Below are positions 51,437 through 64,000 of a stretch of DNA of 64,000 bases, piece after piece. The DNA is taken from assembly GCA_951406725.2 (NCBI GenBank), contig OX597815.1, positions 179,924,001 to 179,988,000 of the forward strand. Reading direction: 5' to 3'. The notes under the pieces are model-generated. The model saw nothing but the letters and a program-made list of their open reading frames with translations. It was not told the origin of the DNA and did not search any database. The DNA comes from Octopus vulgaris. Taxonomy: Eukaryota. The translations under genes and the position numbers were made by a program. Each line of letters starts with the position of its first letter. Position 1 is the stretch's first letter.

Positions 51437-52612
51437 AGAAGAAAAATAATCAGCAGAAGACATGAGAGAAAGAGACATCAGTGCGGTCACTTTATATGCT
51501 AGAAATAATAGCCAAAATTTCCTTCAATGCACATCCTTCCAACTGGTTCTAATATACATCTGCCCAAATGTGGTAACAAAAGGGTTAAACTGAGCAAGGG
51601 ATCCCAAAGGATAGGAACAATTCTTATGATGGTCCTCTGCATCATCTGTTTACCAAATTTCATTCGCACAGCTTGGTTGATGTAAAGCATTGATAAAAAG
51701 TACCTTCTCAAGATGTCACACAGTAGGATTGAACCCACACCCTTGGAGTTGCAGACTGAAAATCTTAACCACACAGTCACACCTATGCTCTATGCTGCTG
51801 ATGCTGATTTATCTAATGACATTTTCTTGTCTATAAAAATGGTCGTTGTTCCTAATTAAAGGAAATTTTTATAAAACTTGAATAACACAAGTCAACATTT
51901 CTTGGGATGGTTGGGTGTAGACAAATCACAGATCTTGGCTATATTTCTGCCATAGTTATTTAAACATGGTGCTTTTGGCCAGAATATTTCAATTTGCCAA
52001 AATGTTCAGAAAACATCAGATTTTCAGGAGATATTACCAGAGTAAGATTGACATCTCTTCAGGGACAAATTTTATTTCATTCTGGAGGAAGAGATTGTTT
52101 TCATTGATGTTTGAAAACTCATTAAGACCACTGAAATGAATGCACTTAACTTTATGAAAAGTTGCAAGCCAATGGCTGCAGGAGAAACACATGCAATGAT
52201 GGAATTCAAGAAGATCAATATTCTGAGAAAGGAGAAAAACAGAGAAGGACGAACAACAACTAATGCATTTTTGGAAAGCTATAATTAGGTAACAAGAGGA
52301 AGAATTTGGTTGTTTAGAGACTTCTAGAAGTAAACATGATTGAAGGGGTGGGAAGTAGTCACTAATTCAGGGTGAAAAAATGAAAAGACTTAACGATAAA
52401 TTAATGAGCTGAAAGTGTCTAAATGAAGCAGACACAAGGCCACTCAACTCTGAGGGACAAGGGTTACAGCTGAGGCAGGAAGCAGCGTGTCAGTGGTGCG
52501 AGAGACTTCATACCAGTCAGTTGGATGGCCTTACTTTAGGTGTGGACCATCAACACCACCACCATCATTTAACAACTGTGTTCCATACTGGCATGAGTTG
52601 GACAGTTTGACA

Positions 52613-52762
52613 GGAGCTGGCAAGGCCAGGAGCCGGCAAGGCCACGAGTTGGCAAGGCCAGGAGCCGGCAAGGCCAGGAGCTGGCAAGGCTAGGAGCTAG
52701 CAAGGCCAGGAGCTGGCAAGGCCAGGAGTAGCAAGACCAGAGGCTAGCAAGGCCAGGAGCTG
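52613..52762. repeat. 16-bp minisatellite (ggagctggcaaggcca x~9) within a minus-strand RTE 3' UTR copy
   Basis: Direct reading. Confidence 0.9.
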
Positions 52763-53317
52763 CACAAGGCTCCGATGAAACTGGATGATGATGATAATGA
52801 TGATCATTTAAAAATTAACAATCTGCATGCTCATTAAACTCTTTGAAGAAATGGTGAAATATCCCTCACTTCAAACACAGGTGCAAGTAATAGTAATTGT
52901 AAGTATAAATTAGCTATTACACATTTCACTAATCATTCACTGAAATTTGTTATTCAGTTAAGCTAATCAATGTTCACAGGTGAAATCAATTAGAATGTGA
53001 TGTCAAGATTTCGAAGATGTTGAATGGTGGAAGCTCATAAAAGTAGTTGTATGGTGGATGAACGCTGATCTTGGGATGCTGAACTCCGCAAAGGAGATGG
53101 CAAAGGAACACAACAAATGGTGGGATGCTGTACTGGAATAGACATACCCAACCCGTCTTAGCATGGGAAAGTGGATGGGAAAACGATAATGGCAAGGACA
53201 CACATGCACGTACACACACATGTGTGTGCACATATACACACACACACAAACACAGGTACACAAAACAACCTCGTGAAATATAAGAATTTTAATTGCTCAT
53301 CATTTCAAGTATACAAT

Positions 53318-53870
53318 AGGTGCAGGTGTGGCTGTTTGGTAAGAAATTTGCTTCTCAACCGCATGGTTCTGGGTTCGGTCCCACTGTGTGGCACCTTGAG
53401 CAAGTGTCTTTTACTTGGCCAGACCAAAGCTTTGTGAGTCGATTTGGTAGACGAAAGCTGAAAGAAGCCCGTTGTATATGTGTGTGTGTGTGTGTGTCTG
53501 CATTTATCCCCACCACCGCTTGACAACTGCGCTACGTTCTGAGTTCAAATTCCGCCGAGGTCGACTTTGCCTTTCATCCTTTCGGGGTCGATTAAATAAG
53601 TACCAGTTACTCACTGGGGTCGATATAATCGACTTAATCCGTTTGTCTGTCCTTGTTTGTCCTCTCTGTGTTTAGCCCCTTGTGGGTAGTAAAGAAATAG
53701 GTATTGGTGTGTTTACATCCCCATAACTTAGCAGTTCAACAAAAGAAACTGACAGAATAAGAACCAAAAATACAATAAATAGTGAGGTCGATTCATTCAG
53801 TTAAAAATTCTTCAAGGCGGTGCCCCAGCATGGCCGCAGCCTAATGCCAGGAACAAGTGTAAGATAATAG
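53318..53870 (+). mobile_element. SINE family B with nested 5'-truncated SINE family A (53529-53703)
   Basis: Family B is split at cttgacaactg / ttggtgtgtttacatcccc by a family A body. Confidence 0.85.
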
Positions 53871-54088
53871 AAAGACAAACAGACACAATCCAAAAACACA
53901 GTAAGGCATCTTACTACTTGCAGTGCAACTCATACAGACACAAAACATTGATAACCAGACAACGAGGAGATCTCTACATGGTTGCACAACCTACTAGAAA
54001 TAGCAGCCAATACAAATCTGTTGTCGGATATGATTTATATATGCTTGCTTGCATTGTATTATATTTGATTGTGGATTCTTTAATTTTT

Positions 54089-54704
54089 ACATTATCTACA
54101 TTTGACGGATATTTGTCCTCATCTTGTTTGTTGTTAACACAACGTCTCGGCTGATATACTCTCCAGCCTTCATCAGGTGTCTTGGGGAAATTTTCTAACC
54201 TGGGTTCTCATTCCTAAGGTAATTTTCGATGTTATTATTATTATTATTATTGTTGTTATTATTATTAAGGTCACTGCCTGGAATCGAACGCGGAATCTTG
54301 GGGTTAGTAATCCGCACTCTTAATCACTATGCCATATGCTCGTGGGTATATCTAAATAATAATAATAATAATAATAATAACATTGAAATATACCTTAGGA
54401 ATGAGAACCCAGGTTCGAAATTTCCCCAAGAAACCTGATTAAAGCTGGAGGGTATACCAGCTGAAACGTTGCGTTAACAACAAACAAGATGAGAAATTTA
54501 AATGTTGAAGTGAATCTAACGGTTTTTGTGTGTTTCTTAAATGGCTTATAAACACTTTCCACGCTGCAATTGTTTTCATTCCAGCACACGATCTCAGATC
54601 AGGTCACTTGCTATGCAAGTACATCTCCGTAATAAGATGTAATAACAAATATCCATCAAATGTAAATAATGAACGTAATTCCTCATCTCTTAAATATAGA
54701 ACTG
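54089..54704. mobile_element. Palindromic PLE family H1 element interrupted by a family H4 tail (54493-54634)
   Basis: Inverted arms; hammerhead motifs 54137-54180 (-, GAGA) and 54431-54474 (+, CTGATTA) both mutated. Confidence 0.85.
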
Positions 54705-55337
54705 TATTCTTTAATTTTTGTTGTAATATCATCCAATACAAATCTGTCACATTTTTCCATTATGCAAGTCAGAAGTCAGTCTTCATTTCTAGTTCTTGTC
54801 TCTTGTTTCCATTCTGTCAAAGAGTTCGGCCACTTTTATGTTCAAAGTGGCTAGATTTAGTCTCTCACAACCTATCCTATAATGTCATTCTAAAAAAACA
54901 ATTTCCATCATTGAAATCTCAGAGCTCGAAAATAATGCGTGATTATTTCAAAACCGAATAAACAAGAGAAACCTGAATGCTAAAAGGTTAAACAGGACAT
55001 TTTAGATTCTAAGGAACAAGCAACGAAAGGAGGGAAATATACGAGAAGAAAACCAATGCTGTAAAAGACAGAGAGAAGGAAAGATGGTGCTATGTATTCA
55101 CAAATTTCCTTTCTTGAATGTTCTTTTGTTTAATGATACTTTTTAACTTTTCCATGCTGTTATGGATTGGTCACACAATCATAATCTTAGGTGTTTTAAA
55201 AACAAAAGCTCTCGATTCTTATCAAATCATTGAATGCAAAACTCAAAAACCTATCAAGCAGTGATCTTAGCACATTCACCAGTTAAAAAAGAGAGGTTCA
55301 GTATACCTCACTATATATATATATATATATATATATA

Positions 55338-55544
55338 CTCTTTTACTCTTTTACTTGTTTCAGTCATTTGACTGCGGCCATGCTGGAGCACCGCCTTTAG
55401 TCGAGCAAATCGACCCCGGGACTTATTCTTTGTAAGCCCAGTACTTATTCTACCGGTCTCTTTTGCCGAACTGCTAAGTGACAGGGACGTAAACACACCA
55501 GCATCGGTTGTCAAGCAATGCTAAGGGGACAAACACAGACACAC

Positions 55545-55593
<49 letters not shown>

Positions 55594-55760
55594 TATGACA
55601 GGCTTCTTTCAGTTTCCGCCTACCAAATCCACTCACAAGGCATTGGTCGGCCCGGGGCTATAGCAGAAGACACTTGCCCAAGATGCCACACTGTGGGACT
55701 GAACCTGGAACCATGTGGTTGGTTAGCAAGCTACTTACCATAGAGCCACTTCTACGCCTA
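55338..55760 (-). mobile_element. SINE family B (young)
   Basis: CpG-rich reverse-complement copy. Confidence 0.85.
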
Positions 55761-56391
55761 TATATATATATATTGCTAGGCCCATGGATTGGCTCCCATG
55801 CCGGTGACATGAGAAAAGCACCATTCAAGTGTGATCGTTGCCAGCATCACCTTACTGTCACATGTACTGGTGGCACGTGGAAAACAACATTCAAGCTTTC
55901 CAGCATGGTCGTTGCCAGAACTGCCTGACTGGCCCTCATGCCGGTGGCATATAAAAGCACCCACTAACTCTCGGAGTGGTTGGCGTTAGGAAGAGCATCC
56001 AGCTGTAGAAACTCTGCCAGATCAAATCGAGCCTGGTGCAGCCTCTGGCTCACCAGTTCTCAGTGAAACCATTCAACTCATGCCAGCATGGAAAGCGGAC
56101 ATTAAACGATGATGATGATGATGATTATGATATATATGTCAAACTCGGAAATGGATGCGTAGCATTCGATCATAGAATATAAAAATCCCTTCAAAGGGAT
56201 GTCAAACATCCAAGTCCACTTGTACTATCAAAGTAAAGAATATATATGTACAATATTTTTTTTGCTCTTGTTTTGAATGGTTGGCAGTCTGGTAATTTTC
56301 CTTCTACCATTATTTGATTGTTTGTTCCTGCCTGTGCTATAAAAGGTCTTTTCATATTTTTAGTTGGTTGTAATTATTCATACCAATATGC

Positions 56392-56483
56392 AATTCCTGA
56401 TGAAGAATCTAATTTTTATTTCAAGAAAAGTTTTTCATTTTTGCCTTTGGAATTAATTAGATTCTGATACAATTTGTCGAATT
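56392..56483 (+). ncRNA. Hammerhead motif with 11-bp stem II, GAAA mutated to GATA (family H7)
   Basis: aattc-CTGATGA-agaatctaatt...aattagattct-GATA-caatttg-TC-gaatt. Confidence 0.55.
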
Positions 56484-56565
56484 TATATTGGATTTGTACC
56501 AAAGATCGTCTACACCTATATAATTTTTTTCCTGTCTGTCTGTCTGTCTGTATGTATGTATGTAT

Positions 56566-56856
56566 GTGGAGGTGCAATGGCCCAGTGGTTAGGGCAGCGG
56601 ACTTGCGGTTGTAGGATCGCGGTTTCAATTCCCAGTGAGTGTTTATTGAGTGAAAACGCCTAAAGCTCCACGAGGCTCCAGCAGGGGGTGGTGGTGGTCC
56701 CTGCTGTACTCTTTCGCCACAATTTTCTCTCACTCTTTCTTCTGTTGGCCTGCTCGCTTAGCCAGCGGAGTGGTGTCATTTGAAGGCTAAAACAATGCAA
56801 AGTGCATTGTGACCAGCGATGTGTAGCAACATCTGATAGCCTGGTTGGTCACGGTG
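56566..56856 (+). mobile_element. tRNA-derived SINE family C
   Basis: ggaggtgcaatggcccagtggttagggcagcggact (A box), ggtttcaattccc (B box); head fragment also at 14350-14410. Confidence 0.7.
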
Positions 56857-56879
56857 ATATATATATATATACACACACA

Positions 56880-57723
56880 CAAGGTACAATGGGTAAATTG
56901 TCACCATTTTATACATTTAATTTTGCACATGCGCATTGTTGTTTTGCATTTTGTCAACTACACAGTATAGTAGGGTCAGTTGGGCACCATCTCTGAGGAA
57001 AACAACACCATGATGCAATTCACACTGCCAGAAATTTGGAGTCGTCATGCTCTACTGCTTGGCATTCACACCAGAATCACCAATACAAACATTTCAGAGT
57101 GTTTGGGTGTCAATCTGAGGACAGTGCATGTACCAAGAGTGGTGCATCATGTACCAACATCATGGTGTTTGGAGTTATCACTAGTGATGGCGACATTATA
57201 CCTCCATTCATTTTCCTACACAGCCTCAGACTCAACACAGTGGCCTGCAACAAGTGCCTGAAGAAGATAGTGCTGCCCTGGGTGAAGAGGGTGGCTGTTG
57301 GAAGACTATGTCTGCAACAGGACTCTGCACCATGCCACACAAGCAGGAAAACCCAGCTAAGGCTGTCAGACAATTTCTGTGACCACATCACCCCTAACAA
57401 CTGGCCACCTAACTCTCAAGACTGTAACTCACTTGATTATTATGTGTGGGGTACAGTTGAGTGAGAGACCAACAAAACTCCTTGTAACAGCAAAGATGAA
57501 GGCAAGGATTATGGCAACATTCACCAACTTAAACAAGGAGACTGCCCAGAAAAGTTGCAGAAGATTCCAAAGTCATCAGGAAGCCGTGGTTGAAGCCAAT
57601 TGCAATTTTATTGAATAAATTTACTCTTTAGTTATTTCAATTTATTTTTATGTAAATTTGGTAAATATATCTGTTAAAATGAGATGTCAGTGTCATTTTC
57701 ATGACAATATATTCACTGGACCC

Positions 57724-57724
<1 letters not shown>
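56880..57724 (+). mobile_element. DD37D (maT-type) Tc1/mariner transposon, internally deleted
   Basis: MVFGVITSDG...QQDSAPCH-(37 aa)-LDYYVW; imperfect TIRs caaggtacaatgggtaaattgtca / tgacaatatattcactggaccct in TA/CA context. Confidence 0.85.
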
Positions 57725-57761
<37 letters not shown>

Positions 57762-58124
57762 TACACACATATGTATGTATATGTACATATGTGTATATAT
57801 GTATATATATATATCTGCATTTGTATGTATATACATATATATGTGTGTATATATGTGTTTCCTTGTCTTGACATCATAAGACAATTGTAAAGAAATATCA
57901 TTGAAGTATAAGTAGTATTGTTTGTTTGCAATCTGCAGAGAAAACATGTCTGGCCATTATGCTGTTCATGTTCAACGGCTGGAGGAAATATTACCTGGCT
58001 TGGACACAGATTGGCAACAGGGTGAACATCTGATTGTAGAAAATCTACCTCACCAAATTTTGCCATGGCTATACAAGCATGGAAAGGTAGATGCTAAAAT
58101 ATAAGATGCTATATAAATGGCTTA

Positions 58125-58162
<38 letters not shown>

Positions 58163-58631
58163 GTCAAATATGTTTCACACACATGTAATAGAAATACATG
58201 CACCATTTAATCCCCATAAATAAAATCCAATATTGCTGCTGGATACGCTGTAAGATGAAGTGTCCCGGTTTGAGGAATGCAATAAATATAACCACAACCA
58301 CTTCCAAAGGCTATAAGCCTCAGCAAATGAGGAAACTACTTAGAGATGTTTGATCAGCTAGCAATGGCAGCCAACTTCCTTTCAAATCAAACAGCATCAC
58401 CTCGAAAGGAAAAGAATAACACATTGGATACACTACTTATAAAAAGCATAAGGCAGAATAGTCAAGAGCAAAACGTCTCTGATTATAAAAACTTAGATTG
58501 GTTTTGGCCATGACTAACTCAATAGCACCACCTGGAAAAGTCTTTTAGTTAATCATTTCAGGACACCGTGGACCACTCTGGCTGAAACCAGTAAGAAAAG
58601 TAACATAAGAAAAATGAAGACAATCATATCT

Positions 58632-58890
58632 AACATTATTTACATTATTTACATTTGACAGATATTTGTCCTTATCTTGTTTGTTGCTAACACGTTTCAG
58701 CTGATATACCCTCCAGCCTTCATCAGGTGTCTTGGGGAAAATTTTGAACCTGGGTTCTCATTATTCTTAAGCTATTTTTCGATGTTGTTATTGTTATTAT
58801 TATTATTATCATTATTATTATTATTCAGGTCACTGCCTGGATTCGAACTCGGAATCTTGGGGTTAGTAGCCCGCGCTCTTAACCACTACA
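58632..58890 (-). mobile_element. PLE family H1 pLTR (single arm) with tRNA-like head and hammerhead 58690-58730
   Basis: Same sequence as the left arms at 3147 and 48776; small deletion at the cleavage-site/stem I junction. Confidence 0.8.
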
Positions 58891-59399
58891 ATGACACACA
58901 TATACACAACCCCCCCACACACACACATGAAACTTCACATTTCCCATACATACATTGCAACACACAAACAAAACTATCATGGAAGGTGATTCTCAAACAC
59001 CAGACTCTTTTCACTACCTCTAAGACATGTAGCAGTCACATCACACTATACATGTTCTCATTTGCACATGTATAGCTATGCACAGCCTGAGGCTAACCAG
59101 ACAACATTGAAGACAGAGCAGAGCAGAAGTGAAAGTAAGTGACGCAGCTTTCGAATGTGGCTGAAAGTTGAGTGATTGAACAAATGAATGAAAGATAAAA
59201 GAAATTTGCTTCAGATATGAACGTTGTCTAATTTCAGAAAATCTGATTATTTTCAAGGAACTAAAATCCCAGAGAAGCTAAATAATAATGGAGAATAACT
59301 CGATGTATCCACAGTTGCTGTCCATTTTCTTATCCAGAGAATAAAACTGATTGCTGTTTCTAAACTATATCCAATACAACCCCTTAAAATGATGATGAT

Positions 59400-60085
59400 G
59401 ATGACGATCATCATCATCATAATCATTGTTTAACGTCCGTTTTACATGCCCTTTTCCACCGGCACAGGTGCCGGGGGGGGGGGATTTGTTGCTGGCATCG
59501 ACCACGCTCAGATGGTGCTTTTTATGTGCTGCCGGCACAGGAGCCAGTCAACATGGTGCTGGCATTGGCCACATTCAGGTGGTGCTTTTTATGTGCCACT
59601 GGTACGGGGAGCACAGCTACAATTTCTATTTGATTGTGATTTGATTTCACTTGATGTTGATGTACTTGACTCAATAGGTCTCCTCAAGCACGGCATGTCG
59701 GCCTAAGACCCATGGGTACTTTTTGAGTTGGCTGGTTATGCGACACTGGTATAGGTTACAGCTGTTGACTCACTTTATTTACCGGGTCTTCTCAGTCACA
59801 GCATACCTCCTGAGGTCTTGGTCTTTAGTTATTGCCTCTGTGAGGCACAATGTTTGAAGGTCATTCTTCACCACCTCATCCCATGTCTTCCTGGGTCTAC
59901 CTCTACCCCAGATTCCTTCCACTGTTTGGGAGTGGCACTTCTTAACACAGCTCTCCTCATCCATCCATAGTACATGACCATACCAATGCAAACGTCTCTC
60001 TTGCACTCCGCATCCGATGCTTCTTATGTCCAACACTTCACACAGGGCACTTACACTCTGTCGTATGTGCACACTGACATTACAC
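59400..60085 (-). mobile_element. RTE LINE 3' end: ORF C-terminus contiguous with repeat-containing 3' UTR
   Basis: VQERRLHWYGHVLWMDEESCVKKC...GRGRPRKTWDEVVKNDL...RRYAVTEKTR*, then the aaaagcaccat repeats and (TGA)n tail. Confidence 0.85.
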
Positions 60086-61490
60086 ATCATCATCTTCATT
60101 TAACGTCCATTTTCCATGCTGGCATGAGTTGGACGGTTTGACCAGGGCTGGTAAGCAGTGAGTGGGGTAGGTTGGTTGGAGGCTGCACCAGACTCCAGTT
60201 GTTTGTTTTGGCATGGCTTTTCACAGCTGGATGCCCTTCCTAGCACCAACCACTTTACAGAGCGGACTGGGTGCTTTTTACATGGCACCATAATACATAA
60301 TACATATTTTAGACTCGCAAACTTAGACCAATCATGATAATGTCTATTACATGTAGCTTCATTCTTCTGCATAATATGTTCAAATCCTACTTCGGCTGCC
60401 CTTGCACTCCATATCATCCAGGTCAATGCCAAGAGTACCAGTAACGCACTAAGTTCTCTTCTTTCCCTCCTCAACAAGAACTGGCCTTGAGCATAGTCAG
60501 AAGTAATCAACACAGTATTATTTCATAAACCTGTAGAAAAGAGATTTGTTAATACCAATACAGATATTAACCATTGTCTCTCATGTAATTACTAGATTGT
60601 CAACATTACTTCATTTTTTGATAAGATTTCCTTGACACGTAGAATTATAGAGTTCATACGGGAAAGTAGACTAAGAACGCTTTAAGCTGAAATCATTCCC
60701 TTGTATTAATAACAATACAATAATGGGCGAAAGAGAGAGAGAAGCGCAGTAGAAAGTCAGGCATTAATGGAGATGCATATAAAAGATATTAAAAAAAATA
60801 AACCGAACAACAAAAACGAGGATAAAAATGTGGAAAAGCTCAAATAAATATTTTTCCTTTATATTAAATATGTTTTTCTTTATATTAAATGTCAAAACAA
60901 ACATACAACAAGTGTAATTTTCAGTTTTTGTTTTCTGAGCCTATTGTTTTGACTGCTTTTATTTAAGTTTTTAATCAATAGCTCTCAGTGACTCCGTGTT
61001 AATTGTATTTGTGGAGATATGACATATAGATTTGTCAAATGGAGTATGGCAATGGAATTACAGGGGAAGTTAGAAACATAAATGATTCAATAAGCCATTG
61101 ACTAAGTTCGTTGTACCTCTTTGAACTCTAACACCCAATGAAATGTATTGTTCTTGAATGAATGCAACAATAAAAGAAAATAGTCAAACCAATGATATGC
61201 AGCTAATAATAATAATAATAATAATCCTTTCTACTGTAGGCATGTGCCTGAAATTGTCAAGAGGAGGTGAATTGGTTACATCAATCTCCAGTGTTCAACT
61301 GGTACATATTTTACGGGCCCTGAAAGGATGAAAGGGTGAAAGGCAAAGTTGGCCGCAGTGGAATTTGAACTCAGGATGTAAAGACAGACAAAATGTTGCT
61401 GAATATTTTTCCCAGCATGCTAATGATTCTGCCAACTCACTGTATTGATGATTATGATGATGATGATGATGATGGTGATGGTGGTGGTGG

Positions 61491-61519
<29 letters not shown>

Positions 61520-61524
<5 letters not shown>

Positions 61525-62095
61525 TGCCCTGATGCAGTACCAGGCAGTGACTCTCATGGCTTGTGATCTTAACTGATTGGAAGTGTTATCATGTACATTG
61601 TTTTGTCTTGGGATAAAAGATGGGTTACAGAAAATATTCTGCTCAATACCACAGATCTGCTTGTCAGTTGTCTGACCGCAATCAGTTGAGCATGTCCCTT
61701 AATTGCTGACGATATGTGCATCTCTGATCACAAGCAGAAGTAGTTGGGGAGCATCATAGCCATGTGTTGTGAGGGATTCTTTGGAGCTTGAATAATTCAC
61801 CTCTGGAAACATGGGTGTTTCGTTCAACATCCATAAACAACCCTTATTCAGGGACCTTTTGAGCGAGTGGGTTACTCGACCAGAAGAAAATTCTAACTGG
61901 GCCCCACCTGCAAGGTCATGTGCTATTTATCTTGATATGAGATCACCATGTCACGCACATATGGTTGTGATGCACGTGCCTGGTGTATCCTTATCAGACG
62001 GGTAGTCATGATGGGTATACTGGCCTTTGTATATTTTACCCCAGTGTAACTTTGATGGCATGCAATGCTCTCTCACTCAATAATAATAATAATAA
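61520..62095 (+). mobile_element. Interspersed retroelement 3' region ending in (TAA)n (second copy 2878-3075)
   Basis: Shared ttctaactgggcccc..cctgcaaggtcatg...ctctctcactcaataataat block. Confidence 0.6.
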
Positions 62096-62394
62096 TCGTC
62101 ATCATTTAATGTCTGCTTTCCATGCTGGCATGGGTTGGACGGTTTGAGGTCTCAGTACTTTGTCATTGCCTTTGTGAGGCCCAACATTCAAATGCAGCTT
62201 TTTATGTGCCACTGGCATGGGTACCAGTCACCATGGCAATGGCATCAGCCACAACTAAGATTTTACTTGGCTTGACAGGTCTTCTCACAGCATATCGACT
62301 AACGTTTGAAGGGTGCTTTTTACATGCCAGGTACACGACACTAGCATCAGACACGACTATGTCTGATGCCAAATATCTTGTACATTTAACGACT

Positions 62395-62830
62395 GGATGA
62401 TAAAGACTCGTTGAAAACCACAGGAGACATAAAAAGCTTCATTCTGTCATGAAGAAAAGCAGAAAATGTTCAAGTGAATTCATGCATAATACAGAATGTA
62501 CCATCAAAGTTAATAAACTAAATATCGTGAAAGATCAAAACAATGAAGTCTGTTTATTGATTGACATGAGCAAACCTTGTGACTATAATATCTCGGCAAA
62601 ACAATTTGATAATCACAGAAAATATAAAGATTTGCTAATCGAAATCAAAAAGATGTAGCATCTCAAGACAGTTACAATACCAGTGATTGTAGGAGCGCTT
62701 GGAATTATCAAAAAAGGAACTGAAAATTATTTAAGAATGATCCCTGGTTTACCATCCATGCAGGAAGTGCAAAAGATTGTCTTAACTGGCAACTGGTCAC
62801 ATGTATTGAGAAGAGCATTGCTGCTGGAAA
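62395..62830 (+). mobile_element. R4/Dong-like RLE LINE fragment
   Basis: CLLIDMSKPCDYNISAK...KYKDLLIEIKKM*HLKTVTIPVIVGALGIIKKG...EVQKIVLTG..HVLRRAL. Confidence 0.8.
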
Positions 62831-63090
62831 TTTTCTTTCCCTTTTTCGCCCCTTTATTTTATTTGTTTATTTTTTCTTTTTTTCTTTCTTTACTTTTTCT
62901 CAGTCTTTCTTCCCCCTTTTTTTCAATCACATGACTTTGTAAATGAACAATCTGGTGTATTTATTTTGATGGCCTACCAATGTATACAGTGAGTTTCTTT
63001 GCTCTAGGTGTTGGGAAGACACTCGGCAAGAAATGGAAATAAAATTGAAAGGAAATGAAAATGATAATAATAATAATAATAATAATAATA

Positions 63091-63129
<39 letters not shown>

Positions 63130-63782
63130 ACATTTAAATGTGTATGCATATAGATAAGAAAATGTCAAAAAATGGCATAATAACAAAAATTACACACTAT
63201 AAGTGCTCAGACCAGACCAAGTGTTTAAAATCCAACATTGAATAAAGGAATAGAGAATCCATGGAAATATCTAGAGGCAATGTAGAGCTCAAGCTAAAGT
63301 AAGTACTGCAAAACGGGACAAGCAGTTGAAAGGTATCAAATCATTTATAACATATTTATGCACAAGAGAGTAAGAAACATAAATTTAGCAGAAAACCAAG
63401 AAAATCCAAAGAAAAAGGTTATTGTGTTCCCTCACTACCAGGTATAAATTCAGTAATGCCATTGATGAAATTTGAGAAGTCCTTCACATTCGTTCAACCT
63501 AAATTAGTAAGAAGCCTGGAAATCACAAGTGAAAATATCTCAAGTAAAGGATTGCAAAGTGCAGGTTGTTCTTTACAGCTGTTTCTGGAGTGGGTGTACA
63601 TTAGAAACAGTTATGTGTGCAATGTGCCTACATATACATGAGGTAGATGTATTATGTAAGCAGGCTAACCCATCATCAAATGGGAAACAATTTAGTTAGT
63701 AAGACACTTTTAATATAAATAAAAAGAAATGTAAATAGAAGTGCTAGAATCCAGTAGAGAGAGATGTATTAATAAAATAGAA

Positions 63783-64000
63783 GTCCCACTGCGTGGCATC
63801 TTGGGCAAGTGTCTTCTACTATAGCTTCAGGCCGACCAAAGCCTTGTGAGTGGATTTGGTAGACGGAAACTGAAAGAAGCCCATCGTATATATGTATATA
63901 TATATATGTGTGTGTGTGTTTGTATGTCTGTGTTTTTCCCCCCAACATCGCTTGACAACCGATGCTGGTGTGTTTACATCCCCCTAACTTAGTGGTTCGG
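63783..64000 (+). mobile_element. SINE family B, running off the window end
   Basis: gtcccactgcgtggcatcttgggcaagtgtcttctactatag... Confidence 0.8.

Noticed and set aside
60100-60533. 137-aa minus-strand ORF near a good-looking acceptor (ctcttttctacag at 60531-60543)
   Set aside because: Each frame from the acceptor hits an early stop, there is no NCS-family or other recognisable motif, and the ORF's 3' half is an RTE UTR repeat.

Overview
This is AT-rich, repeat-saturated animal DNA. The SINE/LINE families and microsatellite style strongly suggest a coleoid cephalopod (Octopus), an inference from recalled repeat families. Almost all supplied ORFs are artefacts of microsatellites or repeats. 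The only host-gene coding sequence I can support is one 49-bp minus-strand exon (45546-45594, [W]YKGFMKDCPDGKLTLE) of an NCS-1/frequenin-type neuronal calcium sensor, so much of the window is probably intronic to that gene. The rest is tRNA-derived SINEs, 5'-truncated RTE, R4/Dong-like and Tx1/L1 LINE remnants, Tc1/mariner relics and TTAA-flanked MITEs. The most notable signal is a dense set of Penelope-like element (PLE) pseudo-LTRs carrying minimal type I hammerhead ribozyme motifs from at least seven distinct families, several with non-canonical cores (including a G3-C8 swap). One family has a tRNA-like Pol III head directly behind the GIY-YIG endonuclease stop codon, and it recurs as short fold-back palindromes centred near that head. 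There are also several long inverted repeats of non-SINE sequence. All coordinates and identities were read by eye, so element boundaries are approximate.
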